From the IMG/VR virus record IMGVR_UViG_3300025929_000014, positions 1-64,000 of that record: DNA of 64,000 nt. The stretch is one strand, 5' to 3'. This stretch comes from a virus. Made by a program: the position numbers and the translations under genes. Shown piece by piece: positions 52,286 to 62,810 of this stretch. Numbering within the stretch: position 1 is the first letter of the stretch; every line of letters begins with the position of its first letter. The notes under the pieces are model-generated. The model saw only the letters and a list, made by a program, of their open reading frames with translations, was not told the DNA's origin and did no database searches.

Positions 52286-53006
52286 CGCCGGCCTGGTCAT
52301 CTTCGATTTCGACGACACGCTTGTTGAGACCTCGTTCCTCTACACGGAGGCGACCGACGAGTACGTAGATCTGGTGTCTTTTTGGGGCTTCGACCGGCAG
52401 CTGGTGCGGACCACGTTTCTGGAGCACGACCGGCTGGCGATGGAGACGCACGGCTTCGGGAAGCGTTGCCGCTTCCCGGATTCCATGGAGGCGACGCTTC
52501 GAGCAATCTGGGTGCCGGGTGGGGCTGTCGGCGTGGAGCCTTTTGCCTGGATGGTCAAGGCCGTCAGGAGCATCGGCTTCTCCGTCTTCCGGCGCCATTC
52601 GGTGTCCAAGCCTGACCTGCACGAGGCCCTGGGCACGCTGCATGGCTTCGGGTACGAGCTGCGCCTGCACACCATGGGCGATCCCGCAGTGCAACAGAAG
52701 CGCATCGACCACGCCGGCATCCGGGAGTATTTCTGGCACATCAACATTCCGTCGGCCAAGGATAGCGACGAGCTGGAGGCCATGTGCTATGGCTACCCCA
52801 AAGGCAGTATCTGGTCCGTCGGCGACTCCGTGCGCAGCGACATTATGCCGTCGCTCATGCTGGGTCTCAAGACCATCCGCGTATACGCCGATGCCTGCCG
52901 GCCGGGATATGACACGACGCAGGACGTTGCTCATGGCAACTACTGGCACGCGCCGAGCCTGAAGACGGCCGTTGACATCATTTTAGCGGAAGATGGGTTG
53001 CAATGA
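52272..53006 (+). CDS. HAD-family hydrolase
   Basis: FDFDDTL and VGDSVRSDI. Confidence 0.85.
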   Translation: MYVDSAGLVIFDFDDTLVETSFLYTEATDEYVDLVSFWGFDRQLVRTTFLEHDRLAMETHGFGKRCRFPDSMEATLRAIWVPGGAVGVEPFAWMVKAVRSIGFSVFRRHSVSKPDLHEALGTLHGFGYELRLHTMGDPAVQQKRIDHAGIREYFWHINIPSAKDSDELEAMCYGYPKGSIWSVGDSVRSDIMPSLMLGLKTIRVYADACRPGYDTTQDVAHGNYWHAPSLKTAVDIILAEDGLQ

Positions 53007-53290
53007 ACAAGTTTTTACAGTTCGTGGGTGTGATTGCGCTCATGTTTGGCGCCTATATCTTGATGGGCTTCGCCGTACAGCAGCTCTGGGGTTGGTTCGT
53101 CGTCCCGTTCTTTCATCTTAGCGCAATCGGCATCGCCGAAGCCCTGGGGTTGACACTGCTCGGCTCTGCCGCCTCGAACTTCAACCCGATCAAGAGCGGT
53201 GATTTCTCGGCAAGGTTCTTGGTTCTTCTGATGATTTTCCGCCCGGCAGGCATCCTGGCCACCGGCTTTCTCCTGCACCTGTTCCTGTAA
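53003..53290 (+). CDS. Membrane protein
   Basis: About 3 hydrophobic helices. Confidence 0.7.
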   Translation: MNKFLQFVGVIALMFGAYILMGFAVQQLWGWFVVPFFHLSAIGIAEALGLTLLGSAASNFNPIKSGDFSARFLVLLMIFRPAGILATGFLLHLFL

Positions 53291-55986
53291 TGAGTACCTG
53301 CGCTGACTGCCCCTACAAAGGTGACTCCTGCGGCTTTCGCGGACCCATCGACGCCCCCGTCGTGATCGTGGGCGAGGCGCCCAGCTTCAACGACCTGGCT
53401 GCCGGGAAACCGTTCTCCGGTGATGCCGGTCAGCTGCTCAAGGGCGTCATCGCGGCCGCAGGTTATGGCGACCTGCCCATTCTGTACACCAATGCCATGG
53501 TCTGCAAGCCGGACTTTTCCGATGAGCCGTTCGCCAAAGGCATTGCGGCCTGTCGGATGCGCCTCTTGGCGGAAGTGAACATGTATCCCCGCAGGATGGT
53601 GATCGCTCTGGGCACCAGCGCACTGCGCGGCCTTATTGGAGGTGCTGGCGAGGATACCAAGCTCAGGGGCCAGTTCCTGAAGCTCTTCAACGGCACGCCC
53701 CTGATGGTCACCTATCGTCCAGGCGCCGTGTTGCGTGCCGTCGGCTATTACCGCCACTTTGCGCGCGATATACGCCGGGCGCTGGCGGTTGGCGCCGGTG
53801 AGCCCCGTCCAGATCCGGGCGAGACGCAGCATGTCGTGCTCGATGCGGCCGGCACACGCGCCCTGGTGCCGAACCTGCTCGCTCTGCCGCATGGACAGCT
53901 GGTGGCATTTGACGTGGAGACTACCGGTCTCAATCCGCGCCTGAACAAAGTAACGTTTCTGGGTATCTCCTACGAGCCGCACCATACCTTCATCATCCCG
54001 GCCGCGCATATCCCCTTGCTGGCGCCCGCCATGCTGGGCGCGAATGCGCGCTGGGTCGGCCACAACGTCCAGTTCGACGTGAAGTTCTTGCAGGCGGCCG
54101 GCCTCGACGTGCCGCTCCATCACGATACACAGATTATGTCGTATTGCCTGGATGAAGTCCCTGGCGGGCATGGGCTCAAGGCGTTGGCCAACGAGCACCT
54201 GGGCACCAACGACTACGAGGCGGCGCTGGATGTCTATAAGAAGAAGCACGGCATCGTCGGCGACTACAGCCAGATCCCCAACGAGATCCTACTGCCCTAT
54301 CTGGCGATGGATGCCGACTACACGCTGCGCCTGGCGAACCTGCTCCTGCCCCAGGTGGAGGCCCAGCCGGACCTGAAGCACCTCTACTATAACACGCTGC
54401 TGCCGGCGACCCGCGCGCTCCTCAAAGTGGAGGCTGCCGGGCTCTGGATGGATCCTGAGCGGACTGAACTTGCTCGCGCGTCCATTACGGTGGAGCGGGA
54501 TAACCGGCTGGCCGAGCTGGAGGATCTGGCCTACGGCATCTGGGATACGGAAGCCTATCGTCGGGATACGGGGTCCAGGGCGGGCGTTAAGGGGCCGTCC
54601 GCCGCGCAGGTCGCGCACATCAGTTCGACGGATAAGAAGAAGATCGACTGGATGCTGAAACGTCTGGAGCTGGGCTATGTGCTCCCCAGCCTGCAGGAGA
54701 AGGCGCTGCGCGATGCCATAGCCGCCCTACCGACAGATCGTGTGGCAGGCCACTTCCTGCAGGTGTTGCAGGGCCTGCGCATGGCCGATAAGGAGCTAAA
54801 AGCGCTCAGGAAGGAAGAGCATACGGATAAGGAGGCGATAGACGCCGCCAATGACCTCAAGACGCGTGCCAAGGCGATCTTCGACTCCTGGGAGCATGCC
54901 TACTGGAAGCCGGCCGAGTATCAAGCCGAACGCGAGACCCGCACGGCCGTAGACTTCACGCCGGGCAGCCCGGCACAGGTCTTGTGGCTGCTCAAGAAGA
55001 TGGGTATTCCGGTCTCCAATACGCAGGAAGACACCATCAAAGGGTATGCGGCGACAGTGCCCTTTATCGAATCGCTACTGGGCTATCGTGGCGCCGTCAA
55101 GTCGCTGGGCACCTACGTGGATGCCATTTCGGAGATCGTAGCCAAAGAGCCGGACGGTCGGGTGCATGCCACCTTCCGCTTGACGACCGTCGTCACCGGG
55201 CGGCTCTCATCGGCCGAGCCCAACCTGCAGAATATCCCACGAGATCCGATGTTGCGGGGTATGTTCGGGGCGCCACCAGGACGCATCCTGGTGGAGGCCG
55301 ATCTCTCGCAGGCCGAGCTGCGGGTGCTGGCCCATCTCTCTGGTGATGCCTTCTTGCGCCAGGTCTATGCCGAAGGGCGCGATCTGCACAGCGAAATGGC
55401 GGCCAGCGTCTTCGGGCCAAACTTCACGCCGGAGCAGCGCACCAAGACCAAGATCCTGAACTTCGGCGTGATCTACGGCATGAGCGCGCATTCACTCTCC
55501 GCTCAGTTCGAGATGCCCCTCAAAGAGGCGGAAGGCATCATCACCCGCTGGTATGAGCGGGTGCCGCAAGCCAAAGCCTACCTGGAAGCCTGCCGGCAGG
55601 CGCCGCTCAAGGGGCATGTGCTGACCACGCCGTTTGGCCGGCGCCGTCGGTACGGGCTGATTACCAACGAGAACATGGATGCCGTCCAGCGCGAGGCCAC
55701 GAACTACGCCATCCAATCGACGGCCAGCGACATTGCGCTCCATGCTGCTATCGTGGTGCAGCCCCAGCTGCCGGCGCTGGACGCCTTCATCGTCAATATC
55801 GTCCACGACTCCATTCTGGTGGAGTGCCCCAATGACGCCCAAACGCCCAACCTGGTCGCTCGCCTTCTGGTGGAGACCATGCGGCGTATCCCCGCCGAGC
55901 GTATCGGCTTTACGGTCCCCATGGATGCCGACGCCAAGATTGGCCGCCATTGGGGGCAGATGCAGAAATGGAAGGAGCAAGGGTGA
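53290..55986 (+). CDS. polA: Family A DNA polymerase with N-terminal UDG-family-4-like domain and 3'-5' exonuclease
   Basis: VGEAP..KPFSGDAG (UDG). FDVETTG and HNVQFD (exo). ADLSQAELR, KILNFGVIYG and VHDS (motifs A, B, C). Confidence 0.93.
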   Translation: MSTCADCPYKGDSCGFRGPIDAPVVIVGEAPSFNDLAAGKPFSGDAGQLLKGVIAAAGYGDLPILYTNAMVCKPDFSDEPFAKGIAACRMRLLAEVNMYPRRMVIALGTSALRGLIGGAGEDTKLRGQFLKLFNGTPLMVTYRPGAVLRAVGYYRHFARDIRRALAVGAGEPRPDPGETQHVVLDAAGTRALVPNLLALPHGQLVAFDVETTGLNPRLNKVTFLGISYEPHHTFIIPAAHIPLLAPAMLGANARWVGHNVQFDVKFLQAAGLDVPLHHDTQIMSYCLDEVPGGHGLKALANEHLGTNDYEAALDVYKKKHGIVGDYSQIPNEILLPYLAMDADYTLRLANLLLPQVEAQPDLKHLYYNTLLPATRALLKVEAAGLWMDPERTELARASITVERDNRLAELEDLAYGIWDTEAYRRDTGSRAGVKGPSAAQVAHISSTDKKKIDWMLKRLELGYVLPSLQEKALRDAIAALPTDRVAGHFLQVLQGLRMADKELKALRKEEHTDKEAIDAANDLKTRAKAIFDSWEHAYWKPAEYQAERETRTAVDFTPGSPAQVLWLLKKMGIPVSNTQEDTIKGYAATVPFIESLLGYRGAVKSLGTYVDAISEIVAKEPDGRVHATFRLTTVVTGRLSSAEPNLQNIPRDPMLRGMFGAPPGRILVEADLSQAELRVLAHLSGDAFLRQVYAEGRDLHSEMAASVFGPNFTPEQRTKTKILNFGVIYGMSAHSLSAQFEMPLKEAEGIITRWYERVPQAKAYLEACRQAPLKGHVLTTPFGRRRRYGLITNENMDAVQREATNYAIQSTASDIALHAAIVVQPQLPALDAFIVNIVHDSILVECPNDAQTPNLVARLLVETMRRIPAERIGFTVPMDADAKIGRHWGQMQKWKEQG

Positions 55987-57047
55987 GCAGTTTTGAGGTC
56001 AAGGTCTACCCCATAGAGCTGCACCCGCACGAGAACGCGGATGCGCTTGAAATCGGCCGTATACCAGGCCAGGATTATCAGTTTGTTGTGCGCAAGGGCC
56101 AGTTCGTGGACGGCGATCTCTTTGTCTATATCCCCGAACAGGCGGTGCTTCCGCAGGATCTCATCGAGGGTATGGGTTTAACCGGAATGTTGCACGGCAG
56201 CAACAAAAACCGGGTGAAGCCGATTCGCCTGCGCGGCGTATTGAGCCAGGGTCTGGCGCATAGGCCGGTTGTCTGGCCTCCCGACTGGGAGCTGGGCATG
56301 GACGTTGGCGACGAGCTGGGCATCACCAAGTATGAGCCGGTTGTCCCCACGCATCTGGAGGGGAGGGTCAAGCCGGCACCTAACCTACCGCGTGCGCCGG
56401 GCGGATCGCTCTTCCAGGGCTACACCGACATCGACAACATCAAGAAGTTTCGCGATGTCCTGCAGCCTGGTGAGCTGGTCTATGTGACGGAGAAGCTCCA
56501 TGGCACCTGCCTTCTGGTCGGCAGCCTGTGTGGCGAGCGGGTGGTTTCCAGCCTGGGGTTGGCCCGGCGTGGCTACATGCTGGAAGACGACGGCAACGTC
56601 TACTGGGAGACGGCCAAACGCTACGAGCTGCACGACAAGCTGGAGATGATGCTGAAGAGCAAGGGCTGCCAGCAGGGCATGATCTTTGGCGAGATCATCG
56701 GCGTGCAGGATCTCAAGTATGGGCACACGGACGGTCAGACGAGCTTTCAGGCGTTTGACTTACTCCTGGAGGAGTCATATGGCTACCAGCCGTATTATGA
56801 GTTCCTGCCGCGTTGTCTGAGCTATGGTATCCCCACCGTGCCCCTGCTCTTTATCGGTCCTTATGCGCCGGACCACATCCTCTCGCTGACGGCCGGCAGC
56901 AGTTCGCTCGCTGATGTGCGTCATGTCCGGGAGGGCGTGGTCATTCGTCCAGCAGCCGAGCGCCGCCATCCCGCCTTGGGGCGGGTGATTCTGAAGAGCA
57001 TCAATCCCGACTATCTCACGCGCAAGAATGGCAGCGAGTTTCACTGA
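55983..57047 (+). CDS. ATP-dependent RNA ligase (DRB0094 family)
   Basis: HENADALE, TEKLHGT, GEIIG, AFDL, REGVV, LKSINPDY. Confidence 0.9.
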   Translation: MSSFEVKVYPIELHPHENADALEIGRIPGQDYQFVVRKGQFVDGDLFVYIPEQAVLPQDLIEGMGLTGMLHGSNKNRVKPIRLRGVLSQGLAHRPVVWPPDWELGMDVGDELGITKYEPVVPTHLEGRVKPAPNLPRAPGGSLFQGYTDIDNIKKFRDVLQPGELVYVTEKLHGTCLLVGSLCGERVVSSLGLARRGYMLEDDGNVYWETAKRYELHDKLEMMLKSKGCQQGMIFGEIIGVQDLKYGHTDGQTSFQAFDLLLEESYGYQPYYEFLPRCLSYGIPTVPLLFIGPYAPDHILSLTAGSSSLADVRHVREGVVIRPAAERRHPALGRVILKSINPDYLTRKNGSEFH

Positions 57048-57844
57048 TGATCGAGATACAACCACAGCCCGGCAGCCTCTACTATCAAACCTTTACTACC
57101 GGAGGGACCACTGTGCCCGCAGAAACGCCGAAGACCAAGCGCCTGGAATATGAGCTGAAGCTCTCGATCTCCAGGGACGACATCCCAGCCGACGACATCG
57201 TGGAGGCCCGCAATCAGATAGAGCGCTGGATCTACGAGGGCATGCAGCTCTTGGCGGACCATTTCACTATCGATCCCGACGACACGGATTTCGTGGATGA
57301 GCAGTGTCATGTTGATAAGACCTACATCAACGAGCTGTCGCTCAAGCAAACCTGGGGCGAGTAATGGCCCTTAGAGCGGTCGTCAAGTATTGCATTACGC
57401 TGTCGGCCGGCGTGGAAGACCTTACCGACCTGGCGCCGGCATTGGCCATCCTGCAACGTGACGTGCGCGACATCGACGAGGTAGTGCATGAGTGCCTCGC
57501 GCACATCGACCTGCGCAAGGTGGAGTATTTGGGGGAGAGACGCGATGACACAGATACTGAGTGACCAGGAACTGTTCACGGCGCTGCAGGTGATGTTGCG
57601 CTCGGCAGTGGAGATCTGCCGTCAGAGCGCTGAAGACATTAGTCCTGTTCCTGCTTCGCGTGCGTTGGTTGATGTATTGGTGCAAGCCTCATTGCTGCCG
57701 GAGTTTGATACGCCTATCTTCAGCGCCTTGAAGCTGCTCGATGTCGCCTGGCATGAGATTTCTCCAAACAGTATTGATTTTGCCGGTATGGAGGTGCTTT
57801 GCACCGCCCTCGCCGATCTCCTGGAGGTGCAGCGTGGCCGCTAA
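57047..57844 (+). other. Three small acidic hypothetical CDSs (57047-57364, 57364-57564, 57545-57844)
   Basis: Coupled ORFs. Confidence 0.55.
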
Positions 57845-58610
57845 GGTCTATATTGTCGGTCGTCCATATATCGACTGGTGGGCCGTCTCTAACTTCCTTA
57901 AAGCGGAGACGGGCGACGGGCTCTCCTGGCAACGTGATGCGGAAGAGGGCGACGAGATTCGTACTGTCTATGATGGGCAGGAGCTGTGCGAGCTGGCTGG
58001 TCGTGTCTGTTATATGAGCTTTGGTGAGAGCCAGGGGCGTAAGACCAACAAGCACTACCTAGACAACATACTGTCCTCCGGGCATGGGTCGGTGCTGGAG
58101 CATGCCAACTGGAACGTGATCGTCACCGGCATCAGCCGCACCTGCAGCCACGAGTTGGTGCGGCACCGGGCCGGCTGGAGCTACTCGCAGCTCTCGCAGC
58201 GCTATGTGGATGAGTCACAGGTTGAAGTCGTAATGCCGTCCGCTATCGCGTCGCTGGGGCGTGACGCGCAGCGTGCCTGGGAAGCAGATATGCGCGATGC
58301 GCGTGAAACCTATAAGCATTGGGCCGATGTGCTCCAGAAGGCGCAACCGGCCGATATGACGACACGCGAGGCCCGCTTGGCTGCCCGTCAGGCTGCTCGC
58401 TCGGTGCTCCCCAACGCGACGGAGACCAAGATCTTCATCACCGCTAACTGTCGGGCGCTCCGTCATTTTTTCACTCTGCGGGGATCCCTGGCGGCCGAGC
58501 CGGAGATTCGCGCCCTGGCACATCAATGGCTTCCGCTGATGCACAAAGAGAGCCCGCATCTCTTCGGTGATCTGCAGATCGTGGATGGGGCGATCACATG
58601 CGTCTCCTAG
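57834..58610 (+). CDS. thyX: Flavin-dependent thymidylate synthase
   Basis: AGRVCY, GHGSVLEH, HELVRHR, SQLSQRY, ARSVLPNA. Confidence 0.95.
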   Translation: MAAKVYIVGRPYIDWWAVSNFLKAETGDGLSWQRDAEEGDEIRTVYDGQELCELAGRVCYMSFGESQGRKTNKHYLDNILSSGHGSVLEHANWNVIVTGISRTCSHELVRHRAGWSYSQLSQRYVDESQVEVVMPSAIASLGRDAQRAWEADMRDARETYKHWADVLQKAQPADMTTREARLAARQAARSVLPNATETKIFITANCRALRHFFTLRGSLAAEPEIRALAHQWLPLMHKESPHLFGDLQIVDGAITCVS

Positions 58611-59866
58611 CCGGTGTGGTGCTCTGGCTGGCGCTGTGCGGCGCACTGCTCTTTGCAGGCGTCTCCATCGCTTACGCGCAGCCGGCGAATGCGTTGCGTA
58701 CGGCAGTGCTGCGGCTGCAATGGGACTGGACGCAGTATCGTTGGGGGCCGATAAACCATTACGTCTGGACTAACTACTATGCGTCAAAGCCGCCGACCTA
58801 CAGTTCTGTGTGCTGGCCGAAGGCGGGAGGGACCGGTTTCGATTGTCCCTACGATTGGCCGGACGCCCAGCTGCTTCCGACCCGGTACGAGCCATGAAGA
58901 TTCTCTGGAAGTTCCTTGACGGGATCTATCTCGGAGTCGTCCTGTGGGCAACATTCGCGCTGCTGGTCGAGGGGCAGCAGCAGCACCAACTCTGGTGGGC
59001 ATTGGGGGTCGGCATCGGCATAGGGGAACGCTACGCGCGCTGGATCTACACGAAGGAGGCATGACATGAAAGTAAAAGGCAATGATCGACACATCCACGT
59101 TGGCCCAAGAATTGCGCATCGTCCAGGAGAATCTCTCCGCTCCCTACGTCCAGCTGGATCGCCTGTACCGGCGTTACCGTTCGACACGTTTGGCTGCCCT
59201 GGCCCCAATCTTAGGTCACTATCAGGCCATCAACAGCCTGTTGGCGGACCTGATAGCGGACCTGAAGAACGTGCCGGCGCCCTTGCTCGCCGGGGAGGAT
59301 TGCGATGAGCCTGGCGCGCATCCAGTCGGTGCCTGATGTCACGTTCCAGTATGTGCCGCTCTTCTTCTGCGGCTGGTGGATGCTCTCCGCCCATGCGCGC
59401 ACCTATCCGCCCAGGTGGCTGACGTTAGGCTGGGGCTTTGCTCATAGCCGCATGGCCGCTATCTACAAGGCAGAGGCCATACTGGAGAACCATGGCGCCC
59501 TGCAGCCGCCTCCGGTGGTGTTCCATGGGTAGGCCCATTGAGCGCTTCTACGCCTATCGCGGCGAGCTGAATGTTGATTCCGTGCAACATTTCATGGGTG
59601 CCATTTGGAAGGACTACAACCGTACATCGCCGGATGCGCTGCGCTGCGCAAAGGGGACGGCGCTGCTGTTACGCCGCTCGCTGCCGGCATATCTGTATTT
59701 TTACGCCGACATCAATTTCCTTACAGATGACACGATTTCTGCCGTCGTCAATCCCATGGACGGTAGGACGGTGCCTATCGAAGTGGACGGCGATCTCCCC
59801 CTTGGCACCTTCCTGGCAGAGCGGGATGGCGAGTATTGGGCGCTGGTGCCGGAGGCGACGCTATGA
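58598..59866 (+). other. Small CDSs (58598-58897 secreted, 58894-59064 membrane, 59082-59336, 59305-59532, 59525-59866)
   Basis: Coupled ORFs. Signal/TM segments in the first two. Confidence 0.55.
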
Positions 59867-59978
59867 AGAAGAAACCGACAAACGGCGAAATGCTGCAGAT
59901 TACCGTTGTATACGGCATCGGTATCGGCATAGCTACCGGTATGCCTTTGTGGTTCTCAACGCCAATAGCGGCCAGCAA

Positions 59979-60563
59979 ATGAATGACGTGCTCTTCTCAT
60001 CGGCCAGCGCCGAGTGGCTCACCCCCGCGCATATCATCAAATCCATTGTGAGCTTCTTTGGCGGCATCGCGCTAGATCCCTGCGCCGAGTCGCACACCGA
60101 TCCGAATGTGCCGGCCGCCAAACGCTTCACCAAAGAGGACGACGGCTTGAAACAGGAGTGGGTCGGCAACTCGATCTACATGAATCCACCGTATGGGCGT
60201 GGTATCGGGGTCTGGATTACCAAGCTGCTGGCCGAGCGCCGGCACTATAGCGAGGCCATCACCCTGATTCCGGCGCGCGTCGATACCGGCTGGTGGGATA
60301 CGCTGATGCAGGTCGAGCCCATCTTCTGCCTGTTGACCGGCCGGTTGACGTTCCATTCGACGCATCCTGGCCTGCCGCCCTCACTCGAAGGCTTGACGCT
60401 CGAAGAGGCTGCGGAGCTACAGGAGAAATACCGGAAGGCGCTCAAGGGCCACCTCGATCCCGATACCGCGCCGTTTCCCAGCGCGCTGGTCTACATCGGC
60501 GAGCGCCGCCATCTCTTCGCCCATCATTTCGCCGAGTTCGGGCGCATCTACGCCCAGTATTAG
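59979..60563 (+). CDS. Phage Dam-family N6-adenine DNA methyltransferase
   Basis: EWLTP, LDPCA, MNPPYG, LIPARVDT.WW, GRLTF, APFPSA. Confidence 0.9.
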   Translation: MNDVLFSSASAEWLTPAHIIKSIVSFFGGIALDPCAESHTDPNVPAAKRFTKEDDGLKQEWVGNSIYMNPPYGRGIGVWITKLLAERRHYSEAITLIPARVDTGWWDTLMQVEPIFCLLTGRLTFHSTHPGLPPSLEGLTLEEAAELQEKYRKALKGHLDPDTAPFPSALVYIGERRHLFAHHFAEFGRIYAQY

Positions 60564-60574
60564 AAGGAGACCAC

Positions 60575-60796
60575 ATGGAGACCAAGAGCAAGATAGCGGA
60601 GATTCAGCACAACTTCACCTACCATCCCCCGAAGGAAGGACAGCAGGATACGTACAGCTTTCTACGCAAACGTGGGCTTGATTTCTCGCTGGATATTTTC
60701 GCCCTGACGCCCAGCTCGCGTGAGCAATCGCTGGCGCTGACCAAGCTCGAAGAGGCGGTGATGTGGGCGAACGCCGCCATCGCTCGGCACGGCTAA
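60575..60796 (+). CDS. Acb2/Tad1-like helical-hairpin protein (candidate immune-signal sponge)
   Basis: NFTYHPP...SREQSLALTKLEEAVMWANAAIAR. AAGGAG SD. Confidence 0.75.
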   Translation: METKSKIAEIQHNFTYHPPKEGQQDTYSFLRKRGLDFSLDIFALTPSSREQSLALTKLEEAVMWANAAIARHG

Positions 60797-60817
60797 TAGC
60801 GGGTCTCTAGCAGGTAA

Positions 60818-60850
60818 GCAAAACCCCCGTCGCGTTGACGGGGGTTTTGC
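60818..60850. terminator. Bidirectional terminator between convergent operons
   Basis: GCAAAACCCCCGTC-GCGTT-GACGGGGGTTTTGC. Confidence 0.85.
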
Positions 60851-60876
60851 TGTGGGCGAAGATACAGGCTCTTCGT

Positions 60877-61983
60877 TTACTTCAGCCACCCTTGCGCGCG
60901 TGCGTAGCGCAGACTGCCGGACAGGCTCAGGAGGCCGTGCCCGTAATGGAGCGGGTCCATGAAATGGCTCCAGCCGGCGCCCTTGAGCAATGCCTCTTTG
61001 GCCTGGTCCGGTGTGAGGCCCGCGCTGAGCAGGTCGGCGACGGCGCCCGCCACGAGCGGGGTTGCCATGCTGGTGCCCTCCCAGGTACACAGGCCGGCGC
61101 AGTTGATCAGTGTGGGGCGCATCGGCGCGATGCCGAAAATATAGTCGCCAGGCGAGGCGATGGCCACGTCCGGCCCGTAGGTACTCCAGCTGGTGATATG
61201 GTTCCACCTATCGGTGGCGGAGACGCGAATTACGCCCGGATAGCTGCCCGGATACATCTGCGCGTTCTGGCCGTTGTTGCCGGCTGCGGCGACCACGATC
61301 ACGCCAACTTTTTCCGCGTAGGCGACGGCTGCGGCCGTTGCCGGATCGCTGCTTGATCCGCCCAGCGACATGCTGATGACGGAGAAGCGATGAATGGCAC
61401 CCCACATAATGGCGGCCGCCACGTCCCGATCATCGGCGCCTTCGCCGTCAAACACCTTGGCGATAGCTGCCTTTGCCTTCGGCGCCACGCCGTAGTAGTC
61501 CGCATACTGGCCGTTGCAGACGATCTCGCACAATACGAACGACCCATGCCCAACCTTATCCACATAGGGACTGGCGTTAGGGATGGTGATGTCTTTGCTG
61601 CATGACACGTAGGGGTTATAGGTCTTACACTGTACCGGCACGCTGCCATGCAGGGGGTTCACCGCCAGGCTGGGGAGTACCTGCCCGGAGAGCACAGTAG
61701 TGGCTTCCGTGCGGTCCAGGCCGGTGTCAATGACGAGGACCGAGACACCGTGTCCATCTGCTTCAGCGCTCCAGGCATCCTGCGCACCGATGGTGTAGAG
61801 ATGCCAGTAGAGCTGCGGGAACGGCGACATGACACCGCCAGGTATAGGCGCGGTGAACGGCAGCGCCTGCCCCCAGGTCGTAGTCGTATACGCACGGCTC
61901 GATGCCATGCTGGCTGGGCTGCTGGGAGCGACCACCAGGCCGCAGAAGAGGAGTGTGCAGAGGATGGACAGGACGCGGCGCAT
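60877..61983 (-). CDS. Secreted subtilisin-family (S8) serine protease
   Basis: Signal peptide, then VIDTG, GHGSFV, AAAGN and GTSMATP. Confidence 0.92.
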   Translation of the reverse strand: MRRVLSILCTLLFCGLVVAPSSPASMASSRAYTTTTWGQALPFTAPIPGGVMSPFPQLYWHLYTIGAQDAWSAEADGHGVSVLVIDTGLDRTEATTVLSGQVLPSLAVNPLHGSVPVQCKTYNPYVSCSKDITIPNASPYVDKVGHGSFVLCEIVCNGQYADYYGVAPKAKAAIAKVFDGEGADDRDVAAAIMWGAIHRFSVISMSLGGSSSDPATAAAVAYAEKVGVIVVAAAGNNGQNAQMYPGSYPGVIRVSATDRWNHITSWSTYGPDVAIASPGDYIFGIAPMRPTLINCAGLCTWEGTSMATPLVAGAVADLLSAGLTPDQAKEALLKGAGWSHFMDPLHYGHGLLSLSGSLRYARAQGWLK

Positions 61984-62810
61984 TAGTTTGCTCCAAGACT
62001 GATGACCCAGGGGTCGAAGGCGAGCTGTGGATTGGCGATGTATGTTTCCGGTAGGTAGACGTAGCCATTGTCTCCCCATGGACCCCAGGAGCCACGAACA
62101 ATGAAGGCGGCAATCCCGGTCCCGCGCGCGTTGGGGGTCCAGCCTACACCGCAGAGCGCGTGCCCGCCCTCAAGCTGATCGGTGGTGGGGTCTGGCTCCG
62201 GCACTATGCCGTTGATCGCCGCCCGGTAATAGCTGGAATACAGCAAGATACCGAAGAGGGGGGTGAAGCCCTGGGCAAGGGCCTGCTTGTAGCCCTCGAC
62301 GGTGCCGTCCAGCGCGTAGTAGTTCGCGATCTCGTGGTTCTTGGCGTGGTCTATGGCCGACTGTGGTGGGGTCTGGGCGTACTGCCCAGCCACGTAGGGG
62401 TAGTTGTGCCAGGCTGCCGCGCCGAACTGATGGAGCGCTGATACCGCATCGCGGATTGTGGATCCAGCATCGCTGGCGTCTGTGCCTTCCAGAGAGCGGG
62501 AGAACCAGTATTGGAGCTGGAACGATATGTCGAAGTCTTCCAGTGCCCCGTAGTGGAGACTGGGAGCCCACACCGCAGGGATGGGAAGGTTGTGCCGCTT
62601 GCGCCTGCTGCGGCGGTAGGCCGCGCCGGAGGCGAAGGAGGTACAGCTGCCCTCCTGCTCCTGGTTGTAGGCGTCCGGGAACTCATTGCGGTAATCAATC
62701 GGGCCGGCTACCGGCTGTGCGGTGAAGTGTTCCTTGAACTGGTAGTCGCGGGGATCGGGCAGCGATTTGCGGAGCCCCAGGTAGTGTCCTTTACTGGTGA
62801 CAAGTCCCAT
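61983..62810 (-). CDS. Papain-family (C1) cysteine protease
   Basis: NQEQEGSCTSF, GGHALCGVGW, VRGSWG..WGDNGY. Confidence 0.9.
   Translation of the reverse strand: MGLVTSKGHYLGLRKSLPDPRDYQFKEHFTAQPVAGPIDYRNEFPDAYNQEQEGSCTSFASGAAYRRSRRKRHNLPIPAVWAPSLHYGALEDFDISFQLQYWFSRSLEGTDASDAGSTIRDAVSALHQFGAAAWHNYPYVAGQYAQTPPQSAIDHAKNHEIANYYALDGTVEGYKQALAQGFTPLFGILLYSSYYRAAINGIVPEPDPTTDQLEGGHALCGVGWTPNARGTGIAAFIVRGSWGPWGDNGYVYLPETYIANPQLAFDPWVISLGAN

Noticed and set aside
54541-54903. Intein in PolA
   Set aside because: No N-terminal Cys/Ser block, no C-terminal His-Asn and no LAGLIDADG. Better explained as a thumb duplication.
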